Positions 15,652 through 27,500 of a stretch of DNA of 64,000 nt are shown here, piece after piece (position 1 is the stretch's first letter; each line of letters starts with the position of its first letter). The DNA comes from Marsupella aquatica (taxonomy: Eukaryota; Plantae; Marchantiophyta). The notes under the pieces are model-generated. The model was not told the DNA's origin and ran no database searches. It saw nothing but the letters and a program-made list of their open reading frames with translations. The translations under genes were made by a program, and so were the position numbers. The stretch lies in NCBI GenBank assembly GCA_973895155.1, contig OZ316895.1, positions 20,970,803-21,034,802 of the forward strand, read 5' to 3'.

Positions 15652-16474
15652 CTCTGAACCTAACCAAAACAACTGTGAGACTGCCCATGGGCTACATTGG
15701 AGACCCCTTAATAAGTGCATGAAAAATGGCCTATGCGTTATATGTGTTTTCATGTCACACACATTAGACTCCTCATACCCAGCCCATTGGAGTGTATAAT
15801 TCAATGGATAAGTGCATGGAACTACTTCATGTTATTGTTTGTTGCAATTATCAATAATGATAACTTACTGATAAATGCATCTGTACATTTCATAAATGAT
15901 GCACTTATTTATTCTTGCCCAACTTGCATGTGAATGGCCCTTCACAATGCGCCCCTCGATTTGACACTTGCCACCAAATCAGTGAGCAAGAGAAACTTGC
16001 AACAATCTTCTCATGTGCTAGGCCTGGCGACAAAAATTCTACAAAATCAAAGCTACAGGACACATGTCTCAAAAATTAGTTGCAAAGAGAAAATACTGTT
16101 GGAAAAAGAGATATGTTACCATATAAACATTGAGGGAGTGCTTGAGGATGAAACATAGGGCCTCTCTGATGCGAGTTGGGCCGTAGTGTCTTTCTACTTG
16201 CACATATGAAAACTACATTTTCCCCTTAGAGTAGAGGATTACATGGTCTGCGTGCACTTAAACTGCCACTAGGCATATTCCACAGTCCACTCATTCTTCA
16301 CCCACGTCAATTTGCTCCACAATTTATTAGTGGTTTAGGGGAACATGGTAGATCCACATATTGTCATGGCTAGTGGTGGTTTCATCACAAAATACACTTA
16401 TGCAGGGTGGACTATAAAATACTACTCCTGTACGGTAACCCCACCTCAACCCCCTCCGTTCGATGTGTTCAGTA

Positions 16475-17127
16475 GGGGGTCTCAATTATGAGACTACAGA
16501 TTTAGAAAATGGGAATAGTCACCTATGCGTGCCCAGTCACCAGCTACTGACTCTGCAACTAAACAAGTTAAGTATTTGAACCGGCCCGGCCGGAAGGAAT
16601 TTTTTTGAAATGGGGAGTCGGTAATTTGTGCAGAGTCGGGCTTCTTGAGAGGCAAGTGTCGTCGGGTTCACTCACACCGAAAGGGTCACAGAAACAATTG
16701 GCTCCTGGTCCTGAGGTGTGACGACCTCAATTTCAGAATCCCGCACACTTTGGCGGACGTCCATTTGGGCCCTATCCCGGGCAGGCCATAGACGTCCGTG
16801 GTCTCATATTAATAGGGTGTCTCAACCCTATAGCTTTGCGGGCTCCTTCTGGTCACCCAGATGCCTTGGGTTGCTTCCCGAAATGAACACCGGGACCCAA
16901 AATCGGGCGCTCCAAAAACGGAGGTTGAACCTTGACTCGAACCTAATTTAAGTCAGTCTGTGACGGACAGAGTGTAAGTCTGGATCATAAAAAAAACTAA
17001 TAAGAAATTTGGGGGAGCGAACTCGGTGGGCCAACCACCTGATTTGGACAACCTGGGTCACGGAAGTACAGGGTGTCCATTGGGAATGCAAGAGTTTCTC
17101 TTTGAGACACCCTATTTGAGACCCCCC
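16475..17127. mobile_element. TIR element (GGGGGTCTCAA...TTGAGACCCCC) with a nested ~298-bp family member at 16815-17112
   Basis: The inner element ta|gggtgtctcaa...ttgagacaccc|ta sits immediately inside the outer right TIR (tttgagacccccc|ta). Confidence 0.65.
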
Positions 17128-17717
17128 TATTCCAAGCACTTTCCTCTCCCCAATTTTTCTCCCTCCTCCGTTTATTCCTCCTCTCCTTCACGTTTCTTTT
17201 ATTACTCTCTGTCATCATCCACCATCGCGTCAATCATCCATCGATTTTAACATGGCAGCTTTAATCACGACTGCTTTTGCAGGTGTTGCCGTCCGATGAG
17301 CTCCTCATCACCATTCTATCCCGTCAATTCCGTCTGTTCGACTCGTCAATCCACTCCAGCCATAGCCGGGCGAATCCACCTGATTTGGACAACCTGGGTC
17401 ACGGAAGTACAGGGTGTCCATTGGGAATGCAAGAGTTTCTCTTTGAGACACCCTATTTGAGACCCCCCTATTCCAAGCACTTTCCTCTCCCCAATTTTTC
17501 TCCCTCCTCCGTTTATTCCTCCTCTCCTTCACGTTTCTTTTATTACTCTCTGTCATCATCCACCATCGCGTCAATCATCCATCGATTTTAACATGGCAGC
17601 TTTAATCACGACTGCTTTTGCAGGTGTTGCCGTCCGATGAGCTCCTCATCACCATTCTATCCCGTCAATTCCGTCTGTTCGACTCGTCAATCCACTCCAG
17701 CCATAGCCGGGCGAATC
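17035..17717. repeat. Essentially perfect 341-bp tandem duplication
   Basis: ccacctgatttggacaacc at 17035 and 17376. The ORF track shows identical duplicated translations. Confidence 0.95.
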
Positions 17718-19266
17718 CCGGTGAAATGGTGAATGCAATCACCTACTCTGCAGCACAGTGCAGTAGTAGACGCCAAGCTTTGCACGCGTCAAAGCTTTTC
17801 TGACGAGTCTGCTGCAGCTCTCATCTAATCCGTTCCTGCCTGTGCCCATGGAGAGTCAATCAATTAATCAAAGCTCAGAATAATAATTTATCACGCCACC
17901 ACGAATCACCCCTACCAGATCCAAATCATTCAATCAGCGGCCGGTCATAGATGCACCTGAGCAAAATTCAACAGAATTGATCACCCCTGACTCGCCTCCT
18001 CCGATCGTGGCGACTCGACCTCCATCTCCTCTTCTCAATTCTGCTCTACGCAACATCTCCATTTCCATGTCGACGATTCTTCTTCGTCACGTTACAGGTT
18101 TACACCCCAATTCGCTGGATGTGACGGTTCTGACGGTGACGGTGACGGCGATGGCGACGGTGTACAGTCCGATGACTGTACCGATGACTGTACTGCAGGG
18201 GATCTTTACTCCCTTTCTTTCCACGTGGCCCTCTATGGCTGTAATGTCTTTTTGCAAGGGTGTAGACCGATTCAGGCTTGGGAGCAATGCAGGCCATCCG
18301 CACCTTGCCAAACTGCCTGCGATGCAGGCGCTCGGCCCCAAAACCGGTGCGGATGCTCTAAGGCGGGTTTCTTCTTACCAACCAACCTGGTGATGAGGTA
18401 TTGTATAATGCAAGGAAACAGGAGTTTTGAGAGCGAGAACCACCCATTGACGAGAAATTGTATAACACAAGCAAACAGGAAGTTCAAGAGAGAGAAGAAT
18501 GTTGTTAGCAAGTCATAGTGGTTTTTAAATTTTCTTTTGATTTTTGTGGTCTTTTATATTTGTATTGTTTTTTTAAGACTCCAGATGGCTAGTGGGTTTG
18601 CTAGCCAAAAGAGCAAATGCAAATATGGATATTAACACCCAGGTTGTTGTTAGCCAAACAGTTGGATATAGAAAAATAAGGGTCATGTGAGTAAAATTAT
18701 TGCTCATACCTTTATGTTTTTTTTTGTTGTTTACTCGCATGCTACAATGACCCGTGTGATCTTTCTAGCACTAATAAACTGTTTCCTGGCACGCTACAAT
18801 GACCCCTGTGATCTTCCTAGCACTGACCCCGTATATTCATTTGGACTGGCCTTTGTGTCGTTTCCTCCATTTGTTTGTTTTTTTATTCTTTCTTTTCTCT
18901 TACTATTCCTTGTTGGTTTAATTGCTTTCTTTTTCTGGCCTTTGTTTCTTTCATTTGGCCATTTCCCGTTTCAGGGTCAATGCTGACGGCATTGGCAATT
19001 GGGGTTGTGTTTGTCAGACAGGACCCAATAATCCACACGAGTGACGATGAGTGAACATTGTGGAGTTTCGTGTGAGATGACCCAACCACCAGTGAACTTT
19101 GACAAGCATACCTGGAGAAACAAGATTGGATGTTTGGTCTCATCCACAGAGAGTTGGCGAGGCTGGTCAGGGGCCACTCCCACCCCCCAATTTGTCAGTT
19201 CTGGTGGAAGGGGGCGTAGTCCTGCTGGCCTGGAGCCTGGATTTTAATTTTCCCACAGCCCAATAA

Positions 19267-19741
19267 GGCATCTCAAACCTACACATTCCCAAGCATTTTT
19301 GGGTCGCCATGATTCAAACTATCTGTGGCGATCATGACCATCATTCCACCTTTGATCAAAACCATCTGTTGGCGATCGTGAGCAAAACTGGAATTTTGGT
19401 CAAATTTACCCCACCCAGGTTTCGGTTGATACGACACTTCCTATCATGCCCTAGCGGAAGAATGCACATCATCGGTTTTTCAAAAGGTTGCCGACCATTC
19501 TTGAAGGGCTACTATTCATTTTCCACAAAATGATTCCTGGTGCAGACATGGGTGCACTGACCACCCAGTTTGCTGATGGCGTCTCAAATCTCTCTTTTCT
19601 GTCTCCAGTCAAGGTCAGAGACAACTATTTGGAAAAAAATGGTGGACATGAAAATGTGTGTCCGCACACTCCTGACCCGTGGCTGAACCTGGTAGGTTCA
19701 GGGATCATCTTGCCCTGCAAAGTTCAAGGTTTGAGACACCC
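19267..19741. mobile_element. Additional degenerate member of the GGGYRTCTCAAA TIR family
   Basis: ggcatctcaaacct at ~19267 is inverted relative to aggtttgagacaccc at 19727-19741. Confidence 0.45.
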
Positions 19742-22199
19742 TGAAACCCAGACTGTAGCATTTTGGTCACTGGAAATCTCAAGGAACGAGCCATTGTCAA
19801 ACTAGGACATCCAAAAAGAACACCTCTCACTAAAATTGCAGCATTTTGGTGACAGGAAACCTCAAGGAACAAGCTGTTGTCAAACTAGGATATCCAAAAA
19901 TAACACCTCTTACTAAAATTGCAGATAGCTCGCGAGGGGTAGGGGTCAGGTTTTTTTTTAGTGACGAAAACTCACTAAATTCCACCTCTACTATTTCTAT
20001 GTCGCATGAGCAGTGTTCCACCTATCACAAGCCCCATTAGCCAGAATCTAACAGTCAGCCAGAAACTCCAGGGAAATCCAGAGATATCTGACAGTCACTA
20101 AATTAATTGAATCTGAAATCTTTTGAGCATCTTCTCCTTCACACACCACATTCGCCACTCTGGCGAAAACATAAAATCCTTAAAAACTACTTTGGTACTT
20201 ACCTTCCGACAGTTTCCCTTTGTTTTGTCTCTGCCAGCGAGATTTTCTTTACCACGGAGAACCCTATCCTCTCGGCCAGCGGGCCCGGCCCCATCTGCGA
20301 GGAAGCCGCCGGCAGTCCCACACAGAGCCACGACCCTGGCCCCCGCCAGGTCGTCACGCCATCGCCACCTATCCCGAACCTGCTTCCTTCGGGGCCTCGG
20401 CTACGGCTTAGGATAGGATGCCGTGGAGCTATTTTTGTGATTGGATAATAATTTACACGCGCAGCACGGTGATTCACTGATTCCGAGGCCATTTGGCATT
20501 TACTACCATTGAGAGACTCCCGTAGACCATGGTCGGATAATTAATTAAATTGTTGCATGATAGCTTTTTCTGGTTTCCTTATTTTAGTTTATAGGTTGAA
20601 AGTTTCTCGTAGACCACGTTTTGGACAGTTTTTCTTTTTTTTTTAGTTGTTTTTTGGGTGGATATGAACACATGGCTCCATGCAATTGGTTTTATTTTCG
20701 TTTGCTTTCAATAGGTGGATTCAATTATGGAGATGGGGGCAAACTTAGCTCACAAGAGGGCCCTGTTGACATTGCTTGACAATGGAGCTAGGCTGACAAT
20801 CTTGGAAGGTGTATTTGGAGGCTTGGTGTGTTTGTGGTGGCCAATAAAGCTCTTGCACTGAGGTTGATGTAGCCTTCACAAAGACAAACCACATATCTCT
20901 TCTGTATGTGTGTGCATGTTTGTTGGTATCTACAGAGGTTACTCAAAATCTGTTTGCAGGTTTTTTTATTCATTTCAAAGAGAAATTAGAAATGTATTTG
21001 GAAGAACATTATGACATCTTAAATACAATTTTGCGACTTATAAAGAAAAATAAACATTTAAAACCAATTTTTTGAATCTTGCATGAATTCCAAGTTTGGA
21101 GAGGTAAAATTCAATTCGTTTTTCCAATACTTTTAGGGTGGTTAGGTCCTAAAAATGGAGCAGGTGATATGGGGGCTTCATATAGTGACCCCAGACGTAG
21201 CCTATGATATAGAGGAGAAAACCCACTCAGGTAAAACAAGTATTGAAAAACAAAGCAGCAAAGAATAGCATCTAGTTTGTTTAGTTTTGACCTACTCCTC
21301 CCCGTACTCCTCCACTGCTTAGATAAATATACTTATAGGCATGGGACCGAATAGGTTTACACGTGGTTAGGTCCACTACTTGGGCACAAACTTGAATTGG
21401 GTACCCCCACTAGCTATAGCATAAGTGTGGGCCCTTATAGAGCAACTAAATCAAACGAACTGGAGGGCAATATATTCACTTATCCTATCATCAAATGAGC
21501 TTCTCTACTAATTTTTTTTCATTATTGTATGCGGCGTTGAAGAGGGATGATTGTAGGGTGGGGGAACAGATGTATTATCATAGGCTTCTTGTTAAGCAGC
21601 TGGGACACATTTATTCCATCCTTTCATGACAGAAGTGTTGGAAAGTATGGGCAAAGTGGTGAGCAAAGTGGATGGGGTGGCAACTGGGACCCCATTGGGA
21701 CCCAAACTAGTACACATTTCAAACTATGCCAATAACACTCAACAAGGCAAGGCCGACCAAGTCATTTGTCTTGTAGTAGTGGGGAAAGACCCCAAACCTT
21801 GATCCAGGACCCCTTAATTCATGCAATATTGGATTCTTGCCACTAGTCTTCTCACACCTTTATGAGAGAATAGCTAAATAGTGTTCTGTTACTTTGACCA
21901 AAGATTTATAATTGAAGGTTGCATGACATTTGCTTCTGGGTCAAATAGAAAGACCCTTAGGAATCACGTGTCATCTAAAAAGCATAATTTTATACACTTT
22001 TAACAAAAGTTAAGTCAACCTGAAAAGAATTTTTTTTTTATAGCCTTTTAACAAAAGTTATGTCAAACGTAACAAGTAAACTGAAGAGTCTACATTACAA
22101 AAAAAAATTTGATCCATACCTAGGCCAAGAAATAGACTAAATGTTGGGCTTTACATGAGAAAAATGACCACCACCAAGATTTTAATTCACATTCAACCA

Positions 22200-22830
22200 A
22201 CTGGCTCTGATCAGTGGGTTTGGGAATTAGCCTAGAACTGAGAGGTCCCAAGTTCAATCACCCCTTCATAACACAAGGGGTGTGGAAGGTATGTGTGTAT
22301 GTGTGGGTGAGGTTAGTGGTGGGAGTCTTGGTTTCTCCTCAGTCAATGGCTGGTCCGCTTTGGGGCCTTGGTTCAACACTCCCTCCCTCCTAGTCTGGGT
22401 CCTGTTGGATCCCTGAGTATTGTCCCATTGTGACTACCCTACATAAAATTGCATGCTCGTACTAGTAACATGTCTATCTTCTGTTCATGCTCCGTAGCAA
22501 GATGTCCATCCTCTGTTGGATGGGCCAGCTTTCAGCTTTCAAGGCAAAATTAAATATCTATCCAGTCCTGGATTAACCATCTCTCCTGGCCTGGGTCCTG
22601 TTGGATCTATGGGTGTTGTCCTCTTGTGGCTACCTGCTTTCAGCTTTCAAGGCAAAATAAATAAATAGATCCAATCCTGGTGTAACCATTTCTCTGCCTG
22701 GTCCTTGTTGGATCCCAGGGAGTTGTCCTCTTGTGGCTACCGTGCATGAAATTGCATGTTTCAGAGCAGGATGTCTATTTTTGTTGGATATGGGCGTGTT
22801 TTTGGTTTCCAAGACAAATTGGTCCAATTT
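22200..22830 (+). mobile_element. Putative tRNA-derived SINE-like dispersed repeat (copy 1)
   Basis: tRNA-like head with a B-box-like agttcaatc near 22250. Body (gggagtcttggtttctcctcag...ggctaccctacataaaattgcatgctc-like) is shared with 37640-37925. Tail is made of the 4.8-kb repeat motif. Confidence 0.5.
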
Positions 22831-24508
22831 GGCGTTGCATGAGATTGAGAGGGCTTTTGGCTCTACAAAAATCTAGTGGGGTCTTATTGTATGGAGCCAT
22901 GACACGTTTTGAATTGTAGAACACCCCCAAAACAGATTTTTTTTTTAATAATTATTTATTTATTTGCCTTAGATCTTTTTGAATTCTATTCATAAAGACA
23001 ACATATAATTAATAATTATTTGTTGAGGACTTGACAAACACTTGATCCTGTCTGTCCCCAGGCTCGAGGTGATATACATCTTGGCTGCCAAGATATTTTT
23101 GTTTATGCCAAATTAAATGAAAACTGAGTAGATGATCTATTAAGTAGATTCTAGAGGAAAGTACATACTTGTTCAATCGTGCAAGTTTTGTGTTATTAAT
23201 CTACAAAAAAAATCAAAATTTGCCCTGTTTATAAATTTACATATTTATACATTTATTATGGTATTCATGAGTGTTAGCAAATTGACTTTGATTTGATGTG
23301 CGTGTTCAAATCTGCTTTTAGGGTGATATACTGTGTTATCATTAGAAAGAAAAGAACATAGCTAAAGCAGTAGGCAACATAATATATCCAGCCCACACTC
23401 CACGCGGCAACAGATGCACACACTTCAATGGTCCGTGTCAAAATCTGACACCTTGCTTAACACTTAAGTGCAGAATACAATGTAGAACCAAGCGAGGTAA
23501 TTCAATAGATAGGATTCCGTTCAATGAAAGTCAAGCAGACAAAGTCACCTGAGGCCGACAAGCAAAGCCTCCTTGACTGCATCGGTACTGTACCTGGTCC
23601 ATTGACGAAGAAACTTCCCCAAATATCGATTACAAATTTATTGTGTGCAGCTGGTTACGTTCTGTGGAGTGAATTTTGTACTACACACGTCTTGCTGGAG
23701 TAGAATATCCTGATCATGAAGTAGTGCTTCCGCTTTCCAAACAGAATTGTAATAATCAGCCGTTGTTCTCTTTGCTAAGTAGGACTATGATTGTCCATGC
23801 ATATTTGAGAAGTATCATAGCTGGTCGGCAACACTCTCTGTGCCACTTCAGAGTAACTTGAGTATGCAGCTTTCATCAACGTGTGTTGTGGGTCTTTCAT
23901 CTTCCTCCTAAAGTGAAAGCTGGAAGCTTCTGTTTTCAGGATCATGACACTTTTCCGTCTGCAGTTTGCCTTATTGCTGAGTTCTAAACTATACAGATTG
24001 ACTGAAGATTACGAACTTTCCATGTCAGGTGACAATTTGAAGGGAACAGGTTTTCTTGGTAAACATCAGCCAAGGAAGTGCACACAGGACAGCATCATGA
24101 AGGAACATATCATCATGAAGAAAGATGTCTTCAGCTGCCTCAAATCGAGGTTGAAATTCAGCCAGCTGTTACTATCTCCTTATGAGAAAGAAAAACTGGC
24201 TGTCACCAAAACCACACAGATTGCTGTTGCACAATGACCTCACGCCCTCTAATCCATATACCACGAGAGATGGCATGGACAAAGAATGAAAGCTAATTCA
24301 CAGGTTGAGAACGGAACGAAAAGCCTCAAATGGAACAGATGTTCACCTCAATACGGATACAATTCCGCAAGGATCCATGAGACTTTACAGTTCATAGATT
24401 CAGAAGTTTCTAGAGCCGTGGGAGTTGTGGATTGGTGCAAAAACGGATTTGTGATCGGAGCGTATTTACAGAGGCAGGTTGTGTTGGCCTACAACGAAGG
24501 GTGTGAGG

Positions 24509-27500
24509 TCAGGCCATAAAATTCAGCTTCTTTAGAGCAGCTGAGATCTGGTCCACAGCACTGTCTGTGGTGAGAATATATGGGCTCTCTGCGGGTATCA
24601 CGTCACCTTTATGGTACGTGCATGTGCTCCCTGCACGGAGAAGCCTTTCAGAACCACCCGTCACAACCCCCTTCAGCACAATCGTCTTATGGGTGCCCGA
24701 AATCAAATCCTCGTAGTCTGTATCTCCAGTCTCTCCAACAACCACACACATGTTGGCAACATCGAGGCCCCATCGCACAAACAAGTACCTACAATCATTC
24801 AAAGGATAAACATGTCAAATGAGAAGGCAATGAACGGAAGAAAATAATGCACTCATCAGAAGTAATTTTCGTGTGTTTGAAATTATTAACCAATGAGGGA
24901 AGCAAATGAAAAGATGGCGATGCTTAACCCGCAACGTAAATGTAAAATGTGATCAAAGCCAACCTTTGCCAGAGAAGAAGGAACAGGAGTTGAAGACAAC
25001 AAGAGATCTATGAAACAAACGTCAGCCTAGGAAGCATTCTTGCAGCAGGGTGAAGTTAGACGAAAACCCAAACACGCTCCAAATTCTAAATGGCCTCAAA
25101 AGACATCACCTGAGTGCCTGAGCGCGAGATGCGAGTAGGGGGATGACTCGCATTCTGGTCTCATTCTGGCAGTACATCACATGGCATCTCAAACCTCTTT
25201 GCCTCAGTCGCTGTCGTATGTGGTACACAGGTGGTGCCTGTATAGTTCGTTTCTGGTTAGCAACATCTAGAGTTGTATCCCTTTTGAAAAATTAATGTTA
25301 AAATCCCTTTGCCTGAGATCCAATGACCCAAAACATCCAACCACTACTCATTGTTTACTACTAAAACGTGATTCAGCTACCGGAGCTTGATTGACGTCTT
25401 CTGCAGTTTGATGGTGTAGAGATTTTCTGATTGGACATCGTCGCAGATTGACTAGGATCTTGATCTAAATTAATGGTAGTGTAGTATTGTGTGTTCCCTT
25501 CAGCTCTGATGATAAGATATTAAATGATATGAATGACCACTTGTCTCCAAGAGTTGAGAAACTGATTAAGGACTTCTTTCAGTGTATTGACGGGATTAGT
25601 GCAAGCGTCGTGAAGTACTGTACTTTCATAACTAAAATCTGCTGCCGGTAACCACACATCAGAATGTGATAGTATACTCTGTGCACTCAATGATGTAAAT
25701 AAAATAACAAATTTATCATGGTATGGAGTGATTTCGTAATTCCCTGCCAGTCATCACAAATCTATAGTATACTGTGTGCACTCAATGATTTAAATAAAAT
25801 AATGAAATTTATCATGGTATGGAGTGATTTCGTGAGCATATATGTCATATGTTTGATGTGCAATTACAGGGAGGGACACACTAAATTCCCTGCTGGTAAT
25901 CACACATCAAAATGTGCTGCATTCAATGATTGAAAGAAAAAAACTAGGGTTATCACGGTATGCAGGGGTATCGTACATCATATTCACTTGCACGTCACCG
26001 GTGACAGAAGATTTGAGTACGTACAAAAGACGGTTGAACAACTTTGTAGACGAAGCAATGCGTGTTGACCGACTCTTCATCTTCGACGAGAGCTCGCTGG
26101 CTTTTCTCCTCACCGATCTCCTCAGGTGCGGTCACTTTCTGCAGAGTTTTTTTCAACCCAACTCCACCCCATCTATAGTCAATGTGGTCATTGTAATTCG
26201 GATCCGCCTGCAGAGAGCTTTCTGTCCCATACTCCTCGTTCCCGGAAACTGGGTAACGCAGCTCACTACCACTGCCAACGACAACGGCATCGAAATCATG
26301 TACCGAAATTCCTCCCGAACTCAATACGTTTAACACTTCAACTGCCGAGAGCGATGTAGACAGGATGAAGCCAGTTGAGCGTGCGGTACTATCTGTCCGC
26401 GCAGCCTTGAAAATATCTTGGATCAGTTTACAGAACGAGCCTGTGGCTTTCCCCGTGGTATCGTAGCTATCGATTGCGATGACCACCAAGCGCTTCCTCT
26501 TCCGAAGGGTAGAGACTTTGCTAGTAAGATTGACACTCCCGGTAGAGCTCAACCCACTGACTGTCCTTTTGAGCGCCTCTTGCTGAGGCTCCATCCGTCC
26601 CTGATTCTTCTTTCCAGTTGGTTTCGCATGCTGTTGCTGCTGTTGGTTTCCCCCGGTTCCAACATCTTCGGCATAGTTGGCCAAAATTTTCTCTATATCC
26701 AAAGTGTTCGTTTTGTCACCGTCCAAAGAGAGGCGTAGAGAGATGTCCCCCAAGTCCCGCAGAGAGTCACTTTGTGAGTCGACGTCGTCTGTGTTTGCTT
26801 CGTCTGTGTTGTCATTCTGCCAGAGGGGATGCCTCATGCGACATTGAGCTATCTTGGAGAGGTATGTCCGACAGTGCTCTGGCCAGGAGTAACAATGAAT
26901 GTTCTTCAATCCGTTGCGTCGGCAATCGGTCCACAGAGTGCGATCACTCACGAGCGTTAGCAATGCATCGGCGATTTCCTTTTGGTTGTGTGGATCTACG
27001 AGCAACCCATTACTAAGCGCCTGCATCAGCACGATTCTTTGGGTTGGTGATGGATGCTGTCTAATTTAGAGAAACAAGTAATGAAGTGGAAAGAAGCCGC
27101 ACCAAGAAAAATGCCAGGGTTGTGAACAAGACTCCCACGAACTAATCATAACTGGGAGAATGCACGAAAAATAGAAAACAGATAGATGCCAAACAGTCCG
27201 CACTAATGATGCCATTAGAAAGGTCAGCCACACCTCGTACATAGCTACAGAGATGCAGACGATCAAGACACAAGGTGGTTCAAGAGGCTCCACCTTTTGA
27301 ATGTCAACTGGGCCACCGTTCTTAGTGGCGACCATCGGCAACCCGTGTGCTGCAGCCTGGCGGGGCACAATAACCCACAATAGAGAAGATTAGTCTTCTG
27401 TGAAAAGGACTGTCTTGTTCTTCGTGTAAATAGAGCGATGTGGAGGCAACCTTCGACTTTCTATAACTCTGTTTGTCTAGACTGGCCAGCTGACTTCATG

